Positions 10,701-18,168 of a stretch of DNA of 52,629 nucleotides are shown here, in pieces. Under the pieces are notes generated by a model. That model made no database searches. It saw only the letters and a program-made list of their open reading frames with translations, and was not told where the DNA came from. The DNA is taken from assembly GCA_964483805.1 (NCBI GenBank), contig CAZADH010000011.1, forward strand, positions 1 to 52,629. Direction: 5' to 3'. This DNA comes from an uncultured bacterium. GTDB taxonomy: Bacteria; Muiribacteriota; Ozemobacteria; Ozemobacterales; Ozemobacteraceae. Within the stretch, counting starts at the first letter, position 1, and every line of letters starts with the position of its first letter. Made by a program: the position numbers and the translations under genes.

Positions 10701-11257
10701 TGGGCGCCCTGTTCAACCACTCGCCGTTCCTGGCCATGGAAAACACCTGGGAACCCCTGAAGACCTACGAACCGTTCCAGAAGGTGTTGTTGCAGTTCTC
10801 GCAAGACTGGCGCGACATCGCCACCCGCTGGACCTCGCTCGCCGAGAAGATCGCCGTCAATCTCTACGGCAAGGTGCGCTTCAAGGTCGCGCTGCCGAAT
10901 CTCAAAATCGCCCCGATCGTGCCCGAAACCGAGCGCATCTATTACAACAATGCCAACCAGATCGAATACGTGCCGCAGATCATCGCCGGCAAGATGAGCG
11001 CCTACGACGATTTCGCCGAGATCCTGCAGTGGGTGCCGTTCTGCGACCAGGTCGTGTTCTGGGTTCTCGCCGACGACCGCGCCAGCGGCTACGTGCCGCC
11101 GTCGCACCCGAAGGTGCGCCTCATCTTCGGCGATGCGCTGGCCTCGTCACTGCGCAGCAAGAACATGGTCGATCTCGCCGAGAAACTGGCGCAACTCAAG
11201 AGCCAGCTCGACCGCCTGATGGACCGCAAAGCGCCGGCACCGGAGAAATCGGCGTAG
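7715..11257 (+). CDS. PilB/GspE-family extension ATPase with large C-terminal fusion
   Basis: MshEN-like N-terminus, ASDIHVEP, RLPQDGR, Walker A GPTGAGKTTT, DPDVVLVGEVRD, TGHKVLSTLHTN and the CPHC...CKEC zinc site. About 600 extra aa follow TTLEEV. Confidence 0.92.
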   Translation: MSTTTRPKKTIENLMIELGLLDAAQLEKAKNIQAQTLERLEDILLRMGFLSENQVLEVWAQFLDIDVIDLTNIKIDAKLISIIPEYQAKQYKVIPLKKDGNKLTIVMADPFDIMATDMIGFLTQCKLELMIAPRAQIEDAIKQFYSWDGFSVSGEETITGEDGEDAVRRTSEEGPVVQFLNAVFKQAIQKRASDIHVEPREDILLIRFRIDGLLHDMMTGPKSLLLPLISRVKILAHLDIAEKRLPQDGRLKVRMEGHDIDFRVSTVPSLLGEKAVLRLLARDSAYNLDDLGFLPDDLERVKTQLDEPYGMALVTGPTGAGKTTTLFGMLRYFTNSQINIFTIENPIEYRIDGITQVQTNEKIGLDFAMGLRAALRQDPDVVLVGEVRDLETAEIAFRASLTGHKVLSTLHTNNAPATINRLINMGVPPYLVAAAVKLVIAQKLLHRICPHCRAEYRPSQKTIQRLKLAPSRVAATTFYHGVGCKECNQTGAYGRLGVYESMAISDQLRDIIMEGGTEQVVRRVARLNGMKTMREIAIQRAFEGMTTLEEVLVVTSSDEDSTSSGLAATRRAVPQVIPSVVVASNFAAPAAPGGVPVMGPMGPVALPGAPTAMVATAPAPSLASVQGIDPDDPVFKSVLAKLSDEFLFFTDDQLAEKFQINPVQVRECLTLLGLERNREAFLQRFGRPPESMSDDEAAELVRTVEEKRGRVPSLVFAHDGSAKLFARVMTEAALRHLSERVQDLDLLPLDFTDAFCRENGLEDALAWAGGNRHQLVDLAMPGRYKPWQFDTAGTWFTTGDLVAKTREAVQWFMERQGISPEELPGRMTTENLHAAGLQHLLVQYNKSPFAIAEAVFPGQYHAWEFPEDEERLWFREDRHEIAGSATRWLIETKLAIPVEEVPRRIGLRDFHQHGLSKLLDLFNQNLHNVLTNAYPNRFQPWEYAEQSDIWRGAEALQTAAGATDWLVHDRLGWEPEKAVGQLTRRHFVNNGLGTMLGALFNHSPFLAMENTWEPLKTYEPFQKVLLQFSQDWRDIATRWTSLAEKIAVNLYGKVRFKVALPNLKIAPIVPETERIYYNNANQIEYVPQIIAGKMSAYDDFAEILQWVPFCDQVVFWVLADDRASGYVPPSHPKVRLIFGDALASSLRSKNMVDLAEKLAQLKSQLDRLMDRKAPAPEKSA

Positions 11258-11453
11258 CGGCTGCGACAGTATCAGGGTCATCAGCCTGATGGCCTGAATC
11301 GGCCGTCGGAGACACGTGTACGTGATCGCCTGATTCGCTGCGGCAACACCAGGGTTGCGATGGGCCGCGTCCATTTGTGCCCCACGCCACCCCGGGTATA
11401 TCATGCCCACGAAACCCCGCATTCTCGATTCATCCCAAACCCGGAGGACACCC

Positions 11454-12569
11454 ATGCTCGTCGAGAAACACCCGTTTTCGCTGGCAAAATACCGCTTCGG
11501 CATCTCGGGTCGCGAGTTGCCGGTCACCATCGGCTACGAGACCTACGGCAAGCTCAACAGCGCCAAAGACAACGCGATCTTGCTGTGCCACTATTTCACC
11601 GGCCAGAGTCATGCCGCCGGCAAATACACCGCTGAAGACCCGGTCCCCGGTTGGTGGGACGCCATCGTCGGCCCCGGCAAGGCCATCGACACCGACAAAT
11701 ACTACGTTATCTGCAGCGACGTCATCGGCAACATCAATGCCAACAACCCGCGCGTCATCACCACCGGGCCGGCCACCAAGAATCCCCAGACCGGCCGCGA
11801 ATACGCCTGTGACTTTCCCATATTTACAATCGATGACATGGTGCGCGTGCAGCACGAACTGGTGAAAAGCCTCGGGATCAAGCGACTCGCCGCGGTCATC
11901 GGCCCATCGATGGGCGGTCTGCAGGCGTTCATGTGGAACAAGCTCTATCCCGACATGGTCGGCAGCGTCGTCGCCATGGGCGCCACCCCGATGATCCGGC
12001 CGTGGGGCATCATGGTGCCCAACCAGCTCGGCATCGACATCATCCGCCTCGATCCCAACTGGCGCGGCGGCAATTACTATGGCCACACGCCTCCGAACGC
12101 CGGCCTGCTCAACGCGTTCAAGATTCTGCTGGTGGCGACCCGCACCGATGCCTGGGCCGACAAGCTGTGCGGCCGCAAGGTGGCCGACCCGACCGGCGAG
12201 AAGATTCCGTTGCCGGCCACCAGCTTCGACGGCCGCTACCAGATCGAGCTCGAGGTCGAAGGCACCGTCTTGCAGCGCATGCAGTTCTTCGACGCCAACT
12301 CCTATATGTATATTGCCAAGGCCAACGCGCTCTACGATCTGGCCGAGCCGGGAGAAGATCAAGAAACCGCGTGGCGCCGCCTGAACGCGCGCACGCTGAT
12401 GATCATCGACGACTCCGACCTGATGTTCACGCGCGCACAGGCCGAACTGATGAAGAAGCACATGCCCAAGGCCGAGACCTTCTACTACGACAGCGGCAAC
12501 GGCCATCTGTCGGTCATCTTCGACACTCACCACTTTGCCGACCGATTGAGCGCTTTCTTGCGCGGCTGA
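11454..12569 (+). CDS. MetX-like alpha/beta hydrolase (homoserine O-acyltransferase-like subgroup)
   Basis: YETYGKLN, CHYFTGQSHAAG, GWWDAIVGPGKAIDT, the GPSMGG nucleophile, and an Asp (DDSDLMF) and His (GNGHLS) completing the triad. SD GGAGG at 11443. Confidence 0.85.
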   Translation: MLVEKHPFSLAKYRFGISGRELPVTIGYETYGKLNSAKDNAILLCHYFTGQSHAAGKYTAEDPVPGWWDAIVGPGKAIDTDKYYVICSDVIGNINANNPRVITTGPATKNPQTGREYACDFPIFTIDDMVRVQHELVKSLGIKRLAAVIGPSMGGLQAFMWNKLYPDMVGSVVAMGATPMIRPWGIMVPNQLGIDIIRLDPNWRGGNYYGHTPPNAGLLNAFKILLVATRTDAWADKLCGRKVADPTGEKIPLPATSFDGRYQIELEVEGTVLQRMQFFDANSYMYIAKANALYDLAEPGEDQETAWRRLNARTLMIIDDSDLMFTRAQAELMKKHMPKAETFYYDSGNGHLSVIFDTHHFADRLSAFLRG

Positions 12570-12627
12570 TCGCACCAGCTCACCGTTTTCACCCCGCCGG
12601 CCCTCCTCCGATCTCGGTCCGGCGGCG

Positions 12628-12675
12628 CACCGGCCCCCGATACTGCATCGCGCAGGACCAGGGGCCGGTGTTTTT
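12628..12675 (+). terminator. Intrinsic terminator after metX-like gene
   Basis: CACCGGCCCC (12628-37) pairs with GGGGCCGGTG (12661-70), followed by TTTTT. Confidence 0.75.
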
Positions 12676-12760
12676 GTGGCCCGCCGAAAAACGGGCGAAC
12701 CACACCCTCGGGTCGTTTGCGTCGCCAACCATGTCGATGCAAGACCGGCGGGTCGGCAAT

Positions 12761-13636
12761 TCAGCTCATCGGGCCAATCACGACCTCGTTGTATTGACAG
12801 CATGTTACAAATCCCAATCGTTCGTAACACCCGATCGCTCCGGCGTTCTCGACCGCCACGTTGAGGCCGACGTGGTCGGCCACGGCCGCGAGATTCCGAC
12901 ACAGTTCAGACACCACGGCTGCCGCCAATCCCCGGCCCCGCTGCGTTGGATGCGTGGTCACGTTGCCAATCGCAGCCACGCGCAACGACGCCGAAACAAC
13001 ATGCACCCCCGCCATCGTCACCAGTGCCCCTCCGCTCTCCGCGCGAACACCGTAGTACTGGCCGGTCGCAAGCATCGCCGGGTCGAACCAATTGCCCGGG
13101 TAACTCTCGGCCAGGAGCCGTTCGATCGCCGGCAGATCATCGGCCCCCAAGCGCACGATCGACTCGCCGGCCCGCAGATCACCTCGCGCCGGGCACAACC
13201 TGCGCAGCATCATCCGCTGGTGCAGGCCGTTGTCCTCGCAAACGACACCGCATTCACGAAGCCGCTCGACCATGCCGACGCTCAGGTGGGCGTAGTATTG
13301 CTCGGGCCGGCGTCGCAGAACCTCGATGCACAGCCGCCGCATGAGCGCATCATCGCCCGCCGAGAACGCCAGGATCGTCGGCAGTGAGTTGCCGCGGTAA
13401 AGCAACACCAGTTCGCGCAACGCATCCGGATCGGATCCCCCGACCACGGAACCACTCTCGGCCCTGTTGTCGGCATTGACGAATGCACCAAACCAGGTGG
13501 TGCGCGGCCAGAAGAAGTCGTCGAGATCGCCCAGGGCGTACAGGTGCCGGCCCGGATCGCGCCGCAGAAAGCGCTCGATCTGCGCCCGATCGGTCACCGG
13601 GCGAAACAAAACGGGGTCGTTCATCATCGTCGGCAC
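12761..13636 (-). CDS. GNAT family N-acetyltransferase (FR47-like C-terminal domain)
   Basis: AAIGNVTTHPTQRGRGLAAAVVS, LNVAVENAGAIGCYERLGF. Confidence 0.88.
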   Translation of the reverse strand: MPTMMNDPVLFRPVTDRAQIERFLRRDPGRHLYALGDLDDFFWPRTTWFGAFVNADNRAESGSVVGGSDPDALRELVLLYRGNSLPTILAFSAGDDALMRRLCIEVLRRRPEQYYAHLSVGMVERLRECGVVCEDNGLHQRMMLRRLCPARGDLRAGESIVRLGADDLPAIERLLAESYPGNWFDPAMLATGQYYGVRAESGGALVTMAGVHVVSASLRVAAIGNVTTHPTQRGRGLAAAVVSELCRNLAAVADHVGLNVAVENAGAIGCYERLGFVTCCQYNEVVIGPMS

Positions 13637-14024
13637 ATCCCATTCACGCGAAATTTCTGCCGCCCTTCAACGACGGGTCGTTTGCCCTGCCCCATTACGC
13701 CCATCGGGGAAGCGGCATCGTCCGGGTGCCACCCCGAAACGCCGCCTGCTCGGGCCGAGACGCGCCATCCCTGGCGCAGGCCCGATCCGGGGCTCCTGCC
13801 CACGTCCGTGGCGGCAGTCGTGAGCGGGCGGCCCCGTTGCTCTGCGCACAACCAGCGCGACGACTGCTCACTGAAACCTGCATCTCGTAAGCGTTTGCGC
13901 AGCATCGCCGGCGACAGCATAACATTTTCTCACGACCCGGCTAAGACCTCGGGCGCAACGTGCCGATAGCTATCGCAGAGAAAACGCAAAGAACCTTACC
14001 CAGGTTCTCAGGAGGCAAGACCCC

Positions 14025-14585
14025 ATGAACGTACTGCGCGCCCGCCCATCGATGCAACCGACCCTGCCCATGCCGAGCACGACGCCCCAGCCGTTGCAGG
14101 CCAACCCGGGCAGTTACGCCCCGCAATCCCGGGGTCGCCCCGGCTTCTCGGCGATCAACAACCGCGAATTGTCGCGCGACTTCTGGAACATGGCCCAGAA
14201 GATGCCGCGCCAGAAGATGCTCGATATGGTCGGCGATGTCACCCTCAAACAGGCGCTCGATGGCGGCCTCAACTCGCACAATCGCGTGTTTCTCGAATCA
14301 TTTCGCGATCACTTGACCCATCAGGAACTCCAGCAACTGAGCAACCAGTTGCGCAGCGATCCGCGTCTGCGCCAGCGTTTGCCCCTCAACGAGCGCCGCC
14401 AACTGTTGCAGGAACTGCAGCGCATCTGGAAGAGCCCGTCGCAACGCGAGGCCCAGGACCCGAACGCCGCCACCAACCAGTTCTTTTTCCGCGAAGCCCG
14501 CACGGGCAACGCCAACCCTGTTCCCCTCTCGCCGGCCCAGATCGACCTGCTGGTGATGCCCGTCGCCGGCTCGTCTCTGTCATAA
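14025..14585 (+). CDS. Hypothetical protein
   Basis: Strong SD AGGAGG at 14010-14015, C-ending codon usage like its neighbours, and its own terminator. Confidence 0.7.
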   Translation: MNVLRARPSMQPTLPMPSTTPQPLQANPGSYAPQSRGRPGFSAINNRELSRDFWNMAQKMPRQKMLDMVGDVTLKQALDGGLNSHNRVFLESFRDHLTHQELQQLSNQLRSDPRLRQRLPLNERRQLLQELQRIWKSPSQREAQDPNAATNQFFFREARTGNANPVPLSPAQIDLLVMPVAGSSLS

Positions 14586-14622
14586 CGTTTTCCAAGCGGA
14601 CGTCTTTCTCCTCTCCTCCCGC

Positions 14623-14660
14623 ACCCCGGCCCGACAGAACTCGGGGCGGGGTTTTGTTTT
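14623..14660 (+). terminator. Intrinsic terminator
   Basis: ACCCCG-g-CCCGA cagaac TCGGG-g-CGGGGT followed by TTTGTTTT. Confidence 0.8.
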
Positions 14661-14667
14661 AAAGTTA

Positions 14668-14707
14668 TTGACCTCGTGAAATTCTTGCAATACGATATGA
14701 ATATTCA
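14668..14707 (+). promoter_or_regulatory. sigma70 promoter with downstream palindromic operator
   Basis: TTGACC (14668-73), 17 bp spacer, TACGAT (14691-96). The perfect palindrome TGAATATTCA lies at 14698-14707. Confidence 0.6.
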
Positions 14708-14760
14708 GTATGCCCGACCAGGGCCCTGAGTAAATCCAAACCCAAAAACAGGAGCATCCG

Positions 14761-15018
14761 ATGAAGAAGAAACCCGCCGCCAAAGCCAAGAAGGTCGTTG
14801 CCAAGAAAGCCGCTGCCCCCAAGAAAGTCGTCGCCAAGAAATTGGGCGGAGACAAAGGCGTCCGCAAGCCGATCACCATCCGCTTGTCGACCGAAGTCGT
14901 CGAGTATTTCAAGGCCCTCAGCGCCAAGATCGACATTCCTTATCAGCGCCTGATCAACCTCTACCTGCAAGATTGTGCCGAGAAGAAGCGCAAGCTGGCG
15001 ATGGACTGGGGCAAGTAA
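14761..15018 (+). CDS. BrnA/CopG-like ribbon-helix-helix protein with Lys/Ala-rich N-terminal tail
   Basis: KPITIRLSTEVVEYFKALS...IPYQRLINLYLQDCA...RKL...W. SD AGGAG at about 14750. Confidence 0.8.
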   Translation: MKKKPAAKAKKVVAKKAAAPKKVVAKKLGGDKGVRKPITIRLSTEVVEYFKALSAKIDIPYQRLINLYLQDCAEKKRKLAMDWGK

Positions 15019-15037
15019 CCCTTACCCGGTCGTCACA

Positions 15038-15072
15038 CGGCCCCGCGGCAGTCAATGCCCGGGGCCGTTCTC
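15038..15072 (+). terminator. Hairpin after BrnA-like gene (weak U-tract)
   Basis: CGGCCCCG-c-GGCA gtcaa TGCC-CGGGGCCG followed by TTCTC. Confidence 0.5.
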
Positions 15073-15222
15073 ATTGGCGATGTGGCATGCGGTGACGCGA
15101 CGTTGGCGATGTGGCATGGGGTGACGCGACGTCTGCTGACCCGGCGTTTGCCCACATTGCGGGTTCTTGTTAGCATTGACACCGGCAACGCAACGTTTCA
15201 CTTTCGCATGCATGAGGTTGAT

Positions 15223-16470
15223 ATGGCGATTCGCAACTCTCGGTCGGTCGGTGTCGGTGGCTGGCGCGTCGTCGGGGTCTCTCTGCTTCTCGCTCTGTTC
15301 TGCGCGAACGCAGTGCTGTTGGCGAAAGCGACGCCGACAGCAAAAAAACGGCAGGTCGGCGCAAAGACCGCCGCGGCAAAGAGCTCGGCAAGCGACGCAA
15401 ACGATCCCGAACTGGTGTATGTGCCGGCCAATCTAGCGCTGCCGCGCCCCCGCCCGCCGGCGCCCCCGCAACAGCAAACCAAAGAAATCGACGACGCCAC
15501 CGATCGGGCCATTGCCGCGCACCCGCTCATCAAGAACCTATTGGGCAAGAACGCCATCCCCGAAATCACCCGCCTCGACCAACTGCTCGATCTCAACGAC
15601 AAGAAAGGTCTGCTCAACACCAAGACCCTGCAGCAGTTCGAACGATTGCTCAAGGTCAAGGCCGACGACGATCTGCTCCGCGCCCTCGAGACGGTCCTGA
15701 CCGACAAGGGGTCGCAGCGGGTATTGCGCGACCTGCAACAAGCCGGACAGCACTATCGCCAACTGGTGCGTATTGCTGAAAGCAATAAAGACACCGCCAA
15801 GATCGGACGCTACTCGTTCTTGCTCGGCCTCGCGCAGGAACAGTATGCCAATGGCCTGGCGGCTCCCGAGAAGAAAAAGGCAGCAAAGAAACAGTCAGTG
15901 CAGGCGTACAAGACCGCGCTCAAAAGCCTGAAGAAGGCACCCGATGAAGCGGCCACCGGGATCACCGCCGACGATGCGTTGCTCAAGATCTATTCGTTGT
16001 CGCAGGATTTTGGCGGCATCATACCGCTGATCGCACCCCCAGGTCAGCAGGTCCGCATGACCGACGACGTTGGTTTCCGCATGCATCCCATCAAGAAGCG
16101 CCGGATCCTCCACAAAGGGATCGACCTGGCCGATCCGCGCTGCCTGGGCTGGACCGTCGAGGCACTCGGCGCCGGTCGTGTCGTGCACAGCGGTTGGGAG
16201 AACGGGTACGGCTACTCGGTGATCATTGCCCACGAAAGCGAGGGACGCAAGGTGTTCACGCGGTACGCGCACCTCAAGAAGGCCGACCGCGTGCCGCAGG
16301 GAACGGTGGTCGCCAAAGGCATGCCCATCGGCCACTGCAACAACACCGGGGGCTCGACGGGCTCGCACCTTCACTTCGAACTGCGGGCCAACGATGCCTA
16401 TGGCCCCGTTCTCGATCCCAAGACCTTCGTGGCAACGGCGACACTCGCCATGCCAAAGAATACAAAGTAA
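15223..16470 (+). CDS. M23 family metallopeptidase with signal/TM and helical N-terminal region
   Basis: HKGIDLA, GYGYSVIIAH, TRYAHL and STGSHLHFEL. SD GAGG at 15214. Confidence 0.88.
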   Translation: MAIRNSRSVGVGGWRVVGVSLLLALFCANAVLLAKATPTAKKRQVGAKTAAAKSSASDANDPELVYVPANLALPRPRPPAPPQQQTKEIDDATDRAIAAHPLIKNLLGKNAIPEITRLDQLLDLNDKKGLLNTKTLQQFERLLKVKADDDLLRALETVLTDKGSQRVLRDLQQAGQHYRQLVRIAESNKDTAKIGRYSFLLGLAQEQYANGLAAPEKKKAAKKQSVQAYKTALKSLKKAPDEAATGITADDALLKIYSLSQDFGGIIPLIAPPGQQVRMTDDVGFRMHPIKKRRILHKGIDLADPRCLGWTVEALGAGRVVHSGWENGYGYSVIIAHESEGRKVFTRYAHLKKADRVPQGTVVAKGMPIGHCNNTGGSTGSHLHFELRANDAYGPVLDPKTFVATATLAMPKNTK

Positions 16471-16475
16471 GTCAT

Positions 16476-17702
16476 ATGTCATCACTCCTGCCCTCGCTGC
16501 CAATCCCCATGGTTCCGACCAGACTTCGCCGCGCCCTATTCGTGTCTGCTCTGTCGCTGCTGCTCCCGCTCGCCGCGGCCCTGGCCGGCCCCGACCCCGC
16601 GACACCAGCAAACCCAAGCGGATCGCCGTCGCTCTCCGCGCTCGAACGCATCGCCAGCGACCCGGAAATCTGCATCTGGCCGCAAGAAGCGGTCGTGTTT
16701 GCCGCTTCGGGCGTGGCAACCCCTACCGACCCGGGCACCGGTAGCGCCTTTCATGCCGTCGACGACGACACCCCGGCGGCCCTGCCGCCCCTGGCATCGG
16801 GACAAATCCTGCTCGAGGCAACAGTGATCGCAACTTTCCCCTACGGTGTTGCCACCTGCGATCTGCATCTGCCCGAAACCGCGTCGACCACCGATTCCGA
16901 ACACCTCGATCATCATCCGGCCTTCGCCGTGGTTGGCGACGCCATCCACCTGCTCGATGTGCCGGGGCGCCAGATTCTCTCATGCGACAGCGCAACAGGT
17001 AGTAGGACCGTGTTGCTGCGCGATCGAAAACGGGGCCTTCTTCATTTCACTGATTTCGCCATGATGAAAGACCAGACCGTGGCGCTGGCCGACAATACGC
17101 GCAATGCGGTTTACCTGTTCAAACAACGCCGGTTCTTGCGCACCCTGGGCCAGATCGGCGAGCGTAAGCTGTTCTCGCACATCCGCTACATCTTTGCCGA
17201 CCCGGCCGGCAGCCGGCTCGCCGTCTATGACTCCGCCCGCAACCGCACGTATGTATGCAATGTCGAAGGCAAGCTTCTCTTCGAAATGCCGTTGAGCGCC
17301 GAGCCGATCTTTTTCGGAAACAGTCTCATTCATCTTGAAAAAACTGATAAATCTGTGCGCGTCGACGTGCATGACACGGTATTGCGTTCGTCGCGAGCGT
17401 TGGGTCGGTACACCCCCAAAGAAGGTAATATCATCCTCGATGCCTGGGTGGCAGGGTGCGTTGACAATCGTCTGTTCATGGTGGTTTACGAGGGCATCGG
17501 CGATGAGGATCACCTCGACTACGCCAAGCTCGTCACCCTTCATGACGGTGTTATCACCGTGCGCCTGCTTCCACCGTCGACCGATCTGGAAACCGATGTC
17601 GCCCGCCGTTTTCTGGTCGCGCGCATCGCTGGTCGTTATCAGCTTCTCGAACCATTCTTCACCGGCGAAGGCGTCGCCATCCGCGGTTTCGGTCTCGATT
17701 GA
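16476..17702 (+). CDS. Exported hypothetical protein, possible NHL/beta-propeller
   Basis: Signal-like N-terminus and repeated short beta-strand units (FTDFAMM..VALADN..NAVYLF; IFADP..LAVYDS..RTYVC). It starts 5 nt after the M23 gene. Confidence 0.6.
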   Translation: MSSLLPSLPIPMVPTRLRRALFVSALSLLLPLAAALAGPDPATPANPSGSPSLSALERIASDPEICIWPQEAVVFAASGVATPTDPGTGSAFHAVDDDTPAALPPLASGQILLEATVIATFPYGVATCDLHLPETASTTDSEHLDHHPAFAVVGDAIHLLDVPGRQILSCDSATGSRTVLLRDRKRGLLHFTDFAMMKDQTVALADNTRNAVYLFKQRRFLRTLGQIGERKLFSHIRYIFADPAGSRLAVYDSARNRTYVCNVEGKLLFEMPLSAEPIFFGNSLIHLEKTDKSVRVDVHDTVLRSSRALGRYTPKEGNIILDAWVAGCVDNRLFMVVYEGIGDEDHLDYAKLVTLHDGVITVRLLPPSTDLETDVARRFLVARIAGRYQLLEPFFTGEGVAIRGFGLD

Positions 17703-17971
17703 CCGGCGAGCCCCGCTGTTAACGGGGTATTACGTAATAACAGCCGAGATCGGCCCCTGCGATCGCCGCCTCGTCATCCGTTTCGTGCCGGCCACTCCGT
17801 ACCCTGTCCGTGCAAACCCGCTTCATTAGCTGTTTTGGGAGGGTCTTGACAACGCGGTACCTGCATTGGTGCGCGCTATGCAAAGACAGAAGCCGATGTC
17901 AAGAGGTTGGGCCGGAAAAGTTACCACAATTTTCCTGAATTCATGCGGTTTTGCGAGGGCACACTCTCGTC

Positions 17972-18070
17972 TTATCCACATCGCCACAATTCGCTTTGGA
18001 TGCCTTTTCCCCAAGGTTATCCACATTATCCACAGCAAATTGTGTACAACGTAAAATCCGTTGTGAACAA
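17972..18070. promoter_or_regulatory. DnaA-box cluster (non-dnaA-linked)
   Basis: Perfect TTATCCACA at 17972, 18017 and 18026. One-mismatch boxes at 18005 (TTTTCCCCA), 18041 (TGTGTACAA, reverse) and 18062 (TGTGAACAA, reverse). Confidence 0.8.
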
Positions 18071-18168
18071 CGTACTGATACGGATTGAGACGATCGGATC
18101 AATGAGCAGGAGCGGGTTTTCCCGGGTCGGCGAGCGCACCGAACCCCGAACCGACTATCAAAATGTTG

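Noticed and set aside
11258-11400. Possible SAM riboswitch upstream of the metX-like gene (hairpins CATCA-gcc-TGATG and GCAAC-accagg-GTTGC)
   Set aside because: The SAM-I core (AUCxAGAG, kink-turn P2, GCAACC...GUGC, closing GAU) cannot be assembled in order. cmscan would settle it.
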